NCBI GenBank assembly: GCA_903845295.1
Contig: CAIMWV010000010.1
Coordinates: 1 to 56,434, forward strand
Direction of reading: 5' to 3'
DNA: 56,434 nt
Origin: Candidatus Staskawiczbacteria bacterium
GTDB lineage: Bacteria; Patescibacteriota; Minisyncoccia; Minisyncoccales; Staskawiczbacteraceae
Positions 28,734 to 38,057 of the stretch are shown in pieces. Numbering within the stretch: position 1 is the first letter of the stretch; every line of letters starts with the position of its first letter. The position numbers were made by a program, and so were the translations under genes. The notes beneath the pieces were generated by a model. That model had not been told where the DNA came from, made no database searches, and was given only the letters and a program-made list of their open reading frames with translations.

Positions 28734-30467
28734 TTATGCTACTTCCGCTTGATAACATTTTTCGCAGTAAACGATTTCCGGCCTATCAGGGGCATAGCTG
28801 GTTTCGAATTCATTGAGGCATCGTCCTGTATGATGCGGATGGTTCTTATCACACATGCACTGACGATGCCAAAGTTTTTGCGGATTCTTCTTTTTGAATC
28901 TTTGAATGTGCCTGCAATTAAAACATAATCTTGGTAGAGGAATGCCCATTTTGCGGTACAATTGCAATTCTTCGGGAGTAATTTTAAAAGCGCTTACACA
29001 ACCATCATTGCATTTACCTTCGTGTTCGCAGCCAATTATTTCATTAACAATTTCATCTTTAGTTTCGGCAATTGATTGAGGAAGATCTTTTGGGCTTATG
29101 GTTATTTTATAATTTCTTTCCTCCGGCTCTCTCCAAGAATATCCTAACTTTACTGCCTGATCTCTAGTCTTTTGAGCATATTCCTGAGCAAATGTTTCGT
29201 TATAAGCAAAAGGAGCTAAAATTGGCGGAAAAAATTCGCCATATTTATATTCAATACCGCTTTTGTCTATGTATGGTTGCGAATTCATATGTTCAATTAT
29301 TTTTGGTAAAAGCTGATTATATTCCTCTTTTGTATATTGTTTGTTAAGTATGCAGTATTCCTTTTTTCTCATGCACACGCAGCCAAAAAGATTATTGGAA
29401 TTTTCGAAACTGTCGCAATATTGTAAATCAAAACCAACAAAGGATATAAAACTAAATTTTACATTGTTAATGCTTCCCGCGCCCAAAATCTCATAGCAAA
29501 AATTTGATTTATCAATAATAACATATGCGTCGTGGCAATTGCTTGAATTGTCTCCCCAAGTTACGTGTTTGCAGTCTTCAATAGTGTCGGACCCATAACA
29601 GTCAAAACTGTTTTTTGAGTTAGAAACATAATCGCCAACAACATTTGCATTCTGCAGGCCGTGCATATATTTTACAATACTGGTCGCGGAAAATTCCCGC
29701 GCTTTGTCTAAAACGGCATTAATTCCATTGTAGTTTTGTAAATTCAATTCTTTTATTTTTGCAGAATATTCTTCTTTTGAGTATTGCTCATTAAAAATGC
29801 AGTAGCTTTTGTTCTTAAGATTCACACAACCTACACAGTTCTGGCAGTTTGAACAATTTTTGCAGGCAAAAACATCCTGACAATTACTGCAATCATCCGA
29901 AAATTTTGCCATATAACACTTTTTGCAGCCAATACATTCGTAGCAAAACTCGCAATCATTCACAGTGTGACAATCGGACGTGTTTCTAGAGCGCATCAAG
30001 TGGTAAGAATAAAGCGAGTCTTCGTTGTTATCACTAACAAAAATCATATAACAATTTTTATTGTATGCCGCGCCGTTGGTGTAATCGCTGTTTGTTTGCT
30101 GAAAAACAAAAGAATAACAACGAGGCACCCTCAACTGAAGCTCTTTTAACTGCTCAAAAAATGGACGAGAAAAATCGTATTCTCTGCCATAGCTTGACGC
30201 ATCCCATTTGTCTGAGTGATAGCACTCGTTGCAGTAAACTATATAGGGAGACTTTGGCGAATAAATAGAAATTATATTTTTCTTGCATAAGTCGCAATTC
30301 CTGCGGTATAGTGTTCTTTCGTTTCTCCAAACAACCCTCCTTACAAACCGGCACTCCGGGCAAAACGTCGGTGCAGGGACTTTTATCTTTTCATAGAACG
30401 CAAAATCCTCTGCTTCGATGACGAAGTCCTGTTTGCAGTTTTGGCACTGCTTTGTTTGGGATTCCAT
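28734..30467 (-). CDS. Cys-rich family protein, array copy 5
   Basis: Family blocks; ends YCEKCYQAEVA. Confidence 0.9.
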   Translation of the reverse strand: MESQTKQCQNCKQDFVIEAEDFAFYEKIKVPAPTFCPECRFVRRVVWRNERTLYRRNCDLCKKNIISIYSPKSPYIVYCNECYHSDKWDASSYGREYDFSRPFFEQLKELQLRVPRCYSFVFQQTNSDYTNGAAYNKNCYMIFVSDNNEDSLYSYHLMRSRNTSDCHTVNDCEFCYECIGCKKCYMAKFSDDCSNCQDVFACKNCSNCQNCVGCVNLKNKSYCIFNEQYSKEEYSAKIKELNLQNYNGINAVLDKAREFSATSIVKYMHGLQNANVVGDYVSNSKNSFDCYGSDTIEDCKHVTWGDNSSNCHDAYVIIDKSNFCYEILGAGSINNVKFSFISFVGFDLQYCDSFENSNNLFGCVCMRKKEYCILNKQYTKEEYNQLLPKIIEHMNSQPYIDKSGIEYKYGEFFPPILAPFAYNETFAQEYAQKTRDQAVKLGYSWREPEERNYKITISPKDLPQSIAETKDEIVNEIIGCEHEGKCNDGCVSAFKITPEELQLYRKMGIPLPRLCFNCRHIQRFKKKNPQKLWHRQCMCDKNHPHHTGRCLNEFETSYAPDRPEIVYCEKCYQAEVA

Positions 30468-30487
30468 TTATATTAAATTAATTATTG

Positions 30488-31948
30488 TTAAATTAATGGC
30501 TCTTCTGGTTTATCTTCTGACTTTTTAGCTTCTTCTGGTCCTTTTCCCTTGCCCTGAATTATAGACTTTTCGTGAGAACTCCTCATGATTTTTGACTCTT
30601 CCGATTCCATAAGCTTCTTTGCGGCCTCAGCTGAAATAGTATACTTTGCGCGGGATAGCTCAATAATTTCCTTTCTAAAAGACTTGTGAGTCGCCGGCAT
30701 AACTTTAAGGGTTTCAGCAGAAAAAGGGTCATAAGCTTCCCCATCAATAGTTTCTTTGATGTAAAAATTCTGGACTCCCAGGTTTACCATATCTTTAACG
30801 CCAAATATCGGCGCCATTTCCGGCTCCAATTTGACCGCATCTTCACCGCCCACACGGAACACAATAATGGTTCCCGTATTTCCTAAAACCGCCTGCTGGA
30901 CTTTAGGAATAAGCTGTCCCATATATTGGTGTGCCACGGTAAGGCAAATGGCGTATTTGCGGGCTTCTGATAATATATTTTCAAAGGTTTCAGTCATAAG
31001 ATTATGGAACTCGTCAACATAGAGATAAAAATCTTTTCTTTCGTCTTCCGGCAGAGCGGCCCGCGCCATACCCGCTTGCTTGATTTTCGTAATAAACATT
31101 GAACCAAAAAAACTGGCGTTCTCTTCCCCTAGCTTGCCTTTGCACAAATTAATTAAAATAATTTTTCCTTCATTCATCAGTTTTTCCAAATCAACCTTGT
31201 TTTCTTCCTGGCCGAAAATACCGCGCAAAGCCGGATCTGACAAAAACTGCGCCAGCTTATTCACTAAAGGAATAATGGCTTCGGTATCGTATTTTTCCGA
31301 CCAGTCGGCAAACTCAATGGCCCAGAACCGTTTGACCATGTCGTCCTGAATATATTCAACCACCAGCTGGCGGTAGTTTCTGTCGGTAAGCATGGAAATC
31401 ATACCCCGCATGGTGCCGTGCGGATAATCCAAAAGAGCTAAACAAGTGAAGCGGAACACGTGCTCAAGCCTGGGCGTCCAATTGGCGCCGAATTGCCTTT
31501 CCAACACTTCAATCAAGCCTTGGGTTAACTGGTGCTTGAAGCCCGGGTCAATATTAGCTAAAGGATTGAAAGAAATGGGGAATTTGGCGTCGGAAGGGTC
31601 GATAAGCACTACGTCATCTATCCTGTCTTCCGGGATAAAATCCAAAATTGCATCCACAACATCACCGTGTGGGTCAATAAAACAAAGCCCGTGGTTGTAC
31701 CCGATGTCCTGGCGGACAAAAAGCTCCAGAAGCTTGGACTTGCCTACTCCGGATTTACCGACAATATACACATGCCTGCGCCTGTCTACTCTCTTAATGC
31801 CAAAAATAAACTTTTGCTCTTGCAAAGCCGCTTCATAATTGGTTTTGCCGATAAATGAGCAGTCTTCGGGCTCAACTGTACCATAAATAGGCAGCTCCGG
31901 AGGCGGAGGCGCCAATTTAAATCTGCGGATTCTATTTTTATCTACCAT
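30488..31948 (-). CDS. VirD4/TraD/TrwB-like (FtsK-HerA superfamily) ATPase 2; start MVDKNR
   Basis: DRRRH.YIVGKSGVGKS (Walker A), IDPHGD, LYVDEF (Walker B), SEARKY, AHQY, GNTGT...FRVG. The upstream ORF extension runs through a repeat element. Confidence 0.88.
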   Translation of the reverse strand: MVDKNRIRRFKLAPPPPELPIYGTVEPEDCSFIGKTNYEAALQEQKFIFGIKRVDRRRHVYIVGKSGVGKSKLLELFVRQDIGYNHGLCFIDPHGDVVDAILDFIPEDRIDDVVLIDPSDAKFPISFNPLANIDPGFKHQLTQGLIEVLERQFGANWTPRLEHVFRFTCLALLDYPHGTMRGMISMLTDRNYRQLVVEYIQDDMVKRFWAIEFADWSEKYDTEAIIPLVNKLAQFLSDPALRGIFGQEENKVDLEKLMNEGKIILINLCKGKLGEENASFFGSMFITKIKQAGMARAALPEDERKDFYLYVDEFHNLMTETFENILSEARKYAICLTVAHQYMGQLIPKVQQAVLGNTGTIIVFRVGGEDAVKLEPEMAPIFGVKDMVNLGVQNFYIKETIDGEAYDPFSAETLKVMPATHKSFRKEIIELSRAKYTISAEAAKKLMESEESKIMRSSHEKSIIQGKGKGPEEAKKSEDKPEEPLI

Positions 31949-32095
31949 GGTTTTGCGAGCGAGGCGAGCGAAACTACTTCGAAATTCTTGGCCATATGAT
32001 ATATCGAATACATTGGTGCCAAAATTTCGCTGAACACCTTGCTTTTCGTGAGCAAAAAGCGAACGCTTCGTCCCATTTAGCGGGACGCTGAACAC
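31949..32095 (-). repeat. GTGTTCAGCG-hairpin elements, tandem copies B and C
   Basis: Two GTGTTCAGCG...CGAAG units. Copy B keeps the AATGTATTCGATATAT loop of copy A with a different stem. Confidence 0.75.
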
Positions 32096-32198
32096 CTTAC
32101 GCTATTTAGTTATATTTAATTATTTCTATCATAGCTTTTTCGCGCCTTTTTAGCAATACAAAATCGCAGGCGAATATGCCGCTTTATCCGGAAATTTT

Positions 32199-32507
32199 TC
32201 ACAATCCAGTAGAGGCAATTAACCAATCTTTGAAGTCACGATTCAGGCGATACAGCGTAATGGTAGCCATACAAGGAACACCCCCCTGGTAATGTTCTCT
32301 GACAATGTCCTCTATGTCTTGAATATGCTTATCAATGGTCATGATGATCATAGTCGCACCCGAAGCCTCGGTTACTCCGCCGTTGACCCGAGAGATTGAA
32401 TCAGTGAGCATAATATCTACTTTACCAGCCATTTTTTTCTCCACTAGGAGTTTGGCAATGGTTTTGGCCGTATCAAGGTTTTGACATGGCACGTAAATAA
32501 AGATCAT
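32199..32507 (-). CDS. cutA: CutA-like divalent-cation tolerance protein
   Basis: IYVPC...A..IA..LVEKK.A; ~100 aa; H.Y..VPC; N.DF..W. Confidence 0.75.
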   Translation of the reverse strand: MIFIYVPCQNLDTAKTIAKLLVEKKMAGKVDIMLTDSISRVNGGVTEASGATMIIMTIDKHIQDIEDIVREHYQGGVPCMATITLYRLNRDFKDWLIASTGL

Positions 32508-32540
32508 GTGATTTATATTAGTTAATAATTAAATTAATTC

Positions 32541-32815
32541 AGGGTGGCGTTACAATATTAGGACCAACTTAGCGGAGTGAATTAAGGCAATATTCAAGGC
32601 GCGAGGAGCGAACCTAATGCCTATGCGCATTGTTCGATCTGAAGCAACGAAGAAGATTGCCTTAATTCGCCCGCCCTTCGGGAAGTCCAAAAAATGGCTG
32701 ATTTCTGTGGGACTCCTCGTCGGCGTAACGCAGAGGTTACAACCTCCTCGTCGTGCCTCGAAATCATCTCATTTTTTGACTTCTAAATTTGGCCATAATA
32801 TTGTAACGCCACCCT
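32541..32815. mobile_element. MITE (~275 bp) with perfect 20-bp terminal inverted repeats
   Basis: AGGGTGGCGTTACAATATTA ... TAATATTGTAACGCCACCCT; internal hairpins; right end overlaps the TAG stop of array copy 4. Confidence 0.85.
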
Positions 32816-34532
32816 AGGCTACCTCGGCCTGGTAGCAACTTTCGCAGTAGACTATCTCCGGACGGTCCGGAAAATAGGATGTTTCAAATTCGTTGGGGCA
32901 TCGTCCTGTATGATGCGGGTGATTTTTATCGCACATACACTGGCGATGCCAGAGTTTGCGCGGATTGCGCCTCGCCAATCGTTCCTGCAGACGACAAGCA
33001 GAACACTTGTGCGGAATTGGCAGATTAAACCGGCGATAAAATTGGAGTTCTGCAGGGTGCAATCTAAAGGCCGTAGCGCAACGCAGATGGCTTGCCTTCT
33101 CTTTTTCCGAATCTTGCGAACTGCAGCTTATAATCTCCTGAAGAATTGAGTCGGTTACGTCTCCAATTTTTGCCGGAAGCTTTTCATGAGGCAAAGTAAC
33201 TTTGTAATCCCGCGCATCACGGTCAAACCATTCCCAGCCTCGTGCAATAACTTCATTTTTTGTAAGCGGAAAATAATCCTGCGCTATGGTGTCATTATAA
33301 GGAAACGGGGAAATTGCAATGGGAAAAAATTCTCCCCATTCTTTGGTTTTTCTCATGTGCTCAATAATTTTTTCTTTCAAGATATGATATTCTTTTTCGG
33401 AATATTGCTTATTAAAAATACAATATGATTTTTTGCGCAACGACATGCAACCAAAAATATCATGGCAATTAAAGTTGAGCTCTGAATAGTGCGAATCATG
33501 GTTATACCATGACTTTGCCATACCAATACATTTTGCGCCCCATCCCGACCCTTCCATCTCGTAATCAAGTTCGTTATCAAGGGTTTCTGTCAAATCCATA
33601 CAATCACGAGCTTCCCAAGCGTCTTGCGCATAACTCGTGTTCTCGGAAAAGCGAACATTGAAACCATAACGAACATTTTTGTCGTAACCTATGTTTTCTC
33701 CCGTAGAGTTAATCGCCTTGCGGCCCTGGTAATATCTTCTTGGATGTTTTACCCAAAAATCTGCAACACGTTTTTTCATTTTTTGCACATCTTCGTACGC
33801 CCAAGAAATCTCTGTCAGACGCTTTTGAAATTCTTCTTTGGTAAGTTGTTCATTAAACCAGCAGTATGATTTACCGCGCAAACCCACGCAACCGAAACAA
33901 TTATTACACCCAGGGCAATCCATAGAAAAATACAAATCATTTGCGTCATGGCAATCTTCAATAAAAAAACACTTATAACAATCGCCACAATTTAATGATT
34001 CGTACATAATTTCGCATTCTTTCGTGGCCCATGAATCTACGCAATCTTTACTTTTTTGATACCAATTCCCATACATGCAATCCTCGCTCTCGCCACTGGC
34101 TACAACCATATAGCAATTTTTATTACGCTCCGATTGGTTGCTATATTCTGAATTGGCACTTTGAGAATTTGCTAACGCAATGCGGGGAACTTTATGCCGG
34201 AATTCAAAAAATTGTTCAAAGAAAGGTCTGAAAAAATCAAAATCTTGCCCAAACGCCATCGGATCCCATTTATCCGACCACCAGCAAGGCTGGCAATACA
34301 CCGGACCGGGATAGGATGAATTATAAATCGAAACCATGCTTTTGCCGCATAGCGAACAGTTGCGCTTATAAAAATTCCATTCATTCCGGTTGGCGGCGCG
34401 CCGCTGGTACCGACAATCAGGACAAAATGTCGGAGCCGGAACTTTAATTTTATCGTAAAACGCAAAATCATCGGGCTCAATCGTAAAGTCCTGCTTACAA
34501 TTTTGGCATTGTTTGGTTTCTGATTGGATCAT
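32814..34532 (-). CDS. Cys-rich family protein, array copy 4 (start MIQSETK)
   Basis: Family blocks; ATGA overlap with copy 3. Confidence 0.9.
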   Translation of the reverse strand: MIQSETKQCQNCKQDFTIEPDDFAFYDKIKVPAPTFCPDCRYQRRAANRNEWNFYKRNCSLCGKSMVSIYNSSYPGPVYCQPCWWSDKWDPMAFGQDFDFFRPFFEQFFEFRHKVPRIALANSQSANSEYSNQSERNKNCYMVVASGESEDCMYGNWYQKSKDCVDSWATKECEIMYESLNCGDCYKCFFIEDCHDANDLYFSMDCPGCNNCFGCVGLRGKSYCWFNEQLTKEEFQKRLTEISWAYEDVQKMKKRVADFWVKHPRRYYQGRKAINSTGENIGYDKNVRYGFNVRFSENTSYAQDAWEARDCMDLTETLDNELDYEMEGSGWGAKCIGMAKSWYNHDSHYSELNFNCHDIFGCMSLRKKSYCIFNKQYSEKEYHILKEKIIEHMRKTKEWGEFFPIAISPFPYNDTIAQDYFPLTKNEVIARGWEWFDRDARDYKVTLPHEKLPAKIGDVTDSILQEIISCSSQDSEKEKASHLRCATAFRLHPAELQFYRRFNLPIPHKCSACRLQERLARRNPRKLWHRQCMCDKNHPHHTGRCPNEFETSYFPDRPEIVYCESCYQAEVA

Positions 34533-36265
34533 ACTACTTCGTTTAAATAACATTTCTCGCAAAAAATTTTAAATTGTTTTTGTTTTTCTTCGTCATAAAG
34601 CGAAAGGGATTTTTCACCGCAATTGGGGCAAACAAAAGGAAAAAGATCAAAAGGATGCTCAAAAAGAGCCCTTTCCATAATACGTTGCCAGGGGTGTTTA
34701 GTGGGAATTGGCAAATTCATGTGCCGATAGAATTTAAGCTCTTCAGCAATGATTTTAAAGGGCCGACCGGTTGTTTCACACCGGATAGCATCATTTAAAA
34801 TAGAGTCATCAACATTTTTAATATCGCTTGGAATTTCCTGGATGTCACGCAAATTGATTCCAGCTGGTATTTGTGACTCTGGTTCAAGATACCAAGGAAT
34901 GCCACGTTCAGCCGCCTCTTTTTCGCTAATCGGATAATATTTTTGACCCCTGCTTGCCTGATATGGGAAAAGTCCAAAAGAAAGAGAAAATAACTCTCCG
35001 TACTCGCCGTCATTAAGCATTCTTAGTTTAATTTCATCAACTAACGGCCAATAGTCGTTTTCAGAATAGGGCTTGTTAAAAATATGAAATTTTTTGTTTT
35101 TCAGCCCGACGCAAGCAAAACAATTTTGACAATTAGTGCACTCCGAAGAGTATTCAATCCCATTACTTGCCCGGATATAAAGACTGAAAAGAACATTGCT
35201 GCTGCCAGTGCCATTCACCACCTCATAGATTTTCTCGGCTTTATCGGCGTCATAGCAGGAATCCATTATATCTTTGACCCCCCCGAAGGTCTCTACAAAA
35301 CGAAGATTCTGCCCCTCGGGGCCGTCAAAGGCCCAAAAACAATCCTTGCAATTATTAAGCCCGTTGCCAACGCAGTTTATAGTATTGGTAAGCCACAAGG
35401 AACGATGCAGGGCATTTTTGTAAACGCCGTCAAAACGCCGGACAAGATCCTGGAAAACGACCCGATCGCCCAAGTTCAAGCCGGCGATTTTTGCCTGGTA
35501 GTCTTGCTTGCTTAATTGTTTATTCTCAAAAAAATAAGATTTGTTCCTGAGATTCGATGAAAGGAAACAATTATTACAATTTTTGCAATCATACAGGAAG
35601 GCTGAATCCAGGCATTGCACAGACCCGATGCTAAAAATGCAGTGGCTGCAACGGTCAGCGCCCACGCAGGAATAACAGAATTCACAATTCCAAACCCTGG
35701 AGCAGTCAACGCAGAATTTGGAGAATCTCACATCGTCACCATAAGAGCAGTCCTCGCTGTGGAAACCGCCGGAAAAATAGTAATTGTTTTTCCCCCAGCG
35801 GCCACCTACGGAATATTCCGAATTTATCGATGTGATATCCCTCTCGAGAGCCAGGTGCGGCACATTGAAAAATAGTTCTTTAAACTGTTCAAAAAATTTC
35901 CGGCCAGGGTTATATGAACGGCCGTATGATGTTGCTTCCCAGGAATCGGAGTACCAGTAATTAACATCGTAAACCTTGTGGGGCGATGAGGCCGGGAAAA
36001 TAGTAACAATATTCTCGTTGTGGCCGGGGGCCGAGCACGGCCGTTTAAAAAATTTCGGCGTACGCATCAGCAAACCGAACCGGCGGATTTTGCGGCACTT
36101 CGGGCATAGGGTCGGCGGCGGCACCCGGAACATGCGATAAAAATTGATATCCCCTGCCTCCACTTTGAATTTTTGCTTACATTCTAAACACACCCTCTCG
36201 TGGGGAACAAGGTCTTTTAAAATCTTATCAAGTGCTTCGTCAAATTTTGGTGTTTTGGAAATCAT
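34529..36265 (-). CDS. Cys-rich family protein, array copy 3 (divergent subtype; start MISKTPK)
   Basis: N-terminal extension, CLEC..F.VE..D..FY..F.VPPPT.CPKCR, CETTGRPF, PTKHP; ATGA overlap with copy 2. Confidence 0.88.
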   Translation of the reverse strand: MISKTPKFDEALDKILKDLVPHERVCLECKQKFKVEAGDINFYRMFRVPPPTLCPKCRKIRRFGLLMRTPKFFKRPCSAPGHNENIVTIFPASSPHKVYDVNYWYSDSWEATSYGRSYNPGRKFFEQFKELFFNVPHLALERDITSINSEYSVGGRWGKNNYYFSGGFHSEDCSYGDDVRFSKFCVDCSRVWNCEFCYSCVGADRCSHCIFSIGSVQCLDSAFLYDCKNCNNCFLSSNLRNKSYFFENKQLSKQDYQAKIAGLNLGDRVVFQDLVRRFDGVYKNALHRSLWLTNTINCVGNGLNNCKDCFWAFDGPEGQNLRFVETFGGVKDIMDSCYDADKAEKIYEVVNGTGSSNVLFSLYIRASNGIEYSSECTNCQNCFACVGLKNKKFHIFNKPYSENDYWPLVDEIKLRMLNDGEYGELFSLSFGLFPYQASRGQKYYPISEKEAAERGIPWYLEPESQIPAGINLRDIQEIPSDIKNVDDSILNDAIRCETTGRPFKIIAEELKFYRHMNLPIPTKHPWQRIMERALFEHPFDLFPFVCPNCGEKSLSLYDEEKQKQFKIFCEKCYLNEVV

Positions 36266-38052
36266 ATTACTTCCGCTTGATAACATTGTTCGCAGTAAAC
36301 TATTTCCGGGCGGTCCGGAGCATAAGAAGTTTCAAATTCGTTTGGGCATTTTCCGCTATGGTGTGGGTGGTTGTTTGCCTGTGGTGAGCTTGTCGAACCA
36401 TCGCACATGCACTTTCTGTGCCACAGATGCACAGGATTCCTTAATTTTGTTCTTTCAAAATGGCGAGAGTTAAAACATCTTTGCGGAAGCGAAATATTCA
36501 TTCTCTTATAAAAAGCTAATTCTTCGGGAGTGATTTTGAAAGCTTTCGAACAATTATGCTCAAGCGCTTTTTCTTCGCCCTCCTCGTCCCAAGACCTGCA
36601 AAGAACAACCTCTTTTAAAATCGAATCTTTCACGCCTTCAAGATTAGCAGGAATATCCTTCCATGACATTGTATGATTATATTCTTTGCTCGTCATATCA
36701 CGCCAAGAAAATCCTGCCTCAATCGCTCCTTTTTTAGTAAAAGGGAGGTATTCTTGCGCAATTGTTTCGTTATAGCCATGCGGGCAAAATTCGGGCGGGA
36801 AAAACTCGCCGTATTTATACACCCTGCCTTTTGCATCAACGTAGGGCATGTCGTCCATATGTTTTTTGATTTTAGGGACAAGGGCTTCGTATTCTTTTTT
36901 GGTGTACTGCTTGTTTAAAATACAATACTCTTTATTCCTCATTCCAATGCATCCAAATAAATTGTGCGCTTCGTGGCAAAAGATCGAATATTCAATATTT
37001 CTTACAGATGTATATACAAATGCCGAAAATTTTATATTTGAAGCCTCAATAGCCACCGTAAGCCCTTCATATATAAGTTCGACGCCATCACCAGGGTAAG
37101 AATAATCATAACAATCCTTGGCGCCGGGCGGGAACACTACGTTCTGGCAATATCTAACATTTTCAGCATTTGAAACGCGAAATGAATTACGCGTTTCTTT
37201 TGCGTGGTAAATGTAATCTCCTGACACGTTTGAGGTGTGGCGCGCATGAATGTATTTAACCGGCACTGACAGCTTAAATTTATTGAACTCTGCTTTTGCT
37301 TTTTCCAAGCCATCAATGGAACTGAGATTAAACGACTTTATTTTATCTTTATATTCTTCTTTGGAATATGGTTTATTGAAAATGTGATAATTTTTGTTCC
37401 TCAACCCGGCGCATCCAAAGCAGTTTGAGCACCCGGCGCAATCTTGGCACAAAATTAACTCTTGCGAATTATCGCAATCTACGCAACACATAAGCTTATA
37501 AGATTTATTTACAAGAAAACATTCATAGCAAAGTTCACAATCGCTGACAAACAGGCAATCTGCGCAATTCTTTGAATTGTCTAAACCAACACTATATAAG
37601 CAGTCCTCGTCTGTATTGCCGTGAAAAACCAAATAACAATTCTTAACAGATCTGCAGCCTATATAGTAATCGCTGTTTATATTATTTACCGCGCTTCTGC
37701 TCGGTAGCGGAACTTCATGGAGCAATTCTTTGACTTGGGTCAGAAAAGGACGAGAAAAATCAATTTCTTTGCCATACTTTAGAGAATCCCAGTTGTCAGA
37801 CCACCAATAATCTCTTTCGTAAACTTTAACCGGAGCATCGGGAGCAAATGCTGAAAATATTAACTGGCCCGTGGCATCACACTTGCGCTTATATAGGGTT
37901 TTTTCATTTCTCCAAGTTATTCTCCGGCGTAATCTACAATCAGGGCACCACGTGGGTGGCGGAACTTTCATTTTTTCATAAAACGCAAAATCATCGGGCT
38001 CGATGACAAAGTCCTTTTTGCAATTTTGGCATTGTTTGGTTTCTGATTGCAT
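36262..38052 (-). CDS. Cys-rich family protein, array copy 2 (start MQSETK)
   Basis: Family blocks; in-frame REP encoding GSTSSP at 36382-36400. Confidence 0.9.
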   Translation of the reverse strand: MQSETKQCQNCKKDFVIEPDDFAFYEKMKVPPPTWCPDCRLRRRITWRNEKTLYKRKCDATGQLIFSAFAPDAPVKVYERDYWWSDNWDSLKYGKEIDFSRPFLTQVKELLHEVPLPSRSAVNNINSDYYIGCRSVKNCYLVFHGNTDEDCLYSVGLDNSKNCADCLFVSDCELCYECFLVNKSYKLMCCVDCDNSQELILCQDCAGCSNCFGCAGLRNKNYHIFNKPYSKEEYKDKIKSFNLSSIDGLEKAKAEFNKFKLSVPVKYIHARHTSNVSGDYIYHAKETRNSFRVSNAENVRYCQNVVFPPGAKDCYDYSYPGDGVELIYEGLTVAIEASNIKFSAFVYTSVRNIEYSIFCHEAHNLFGCIGMRNKEYCILNKQYTKKEYEALVPKIKKHMDDMPYVDAKGRVYKYGEFFPPEFCPHGYNETIAQEYLPFTKKGAIEAGFSWRDMTSKEYNHTMSWKDIPANLEGVKDSILKEVVLCRSWDEEGEEKALEHNCSKAFKITPEELAFYKRMNISLPQRCFNSRHFERTKLRNPVHLWHRKCMCDGSTSSPQANNHPHHSGKCPNEFETSYAPDRPEIVYCEQCYQAEVI

Positions 38053-38057
38053 AGTAA

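Noticed and set aside
31949-32095. 49-aa N-terminal extension of ATPase 2, and similar extensions on array copies 1-4, 8 and 9
   Set aside because: They run through repeat elements, the upstream gene's tail or intergenic DNA. Alignment with paralogs supports the downstream starts.
13831-32815. CRISPR array or integron attC sites
   Set aside because: Repeats are not regularly spaced with unique spacers. There are no cas or intI genes, and the palindromes lack RYYYAAC/GTTRRRY ends.
32617-32817. ORF inside the MITE as a transposase remnant
   Set aside because: 66 aa with no recognisable transposase motif.
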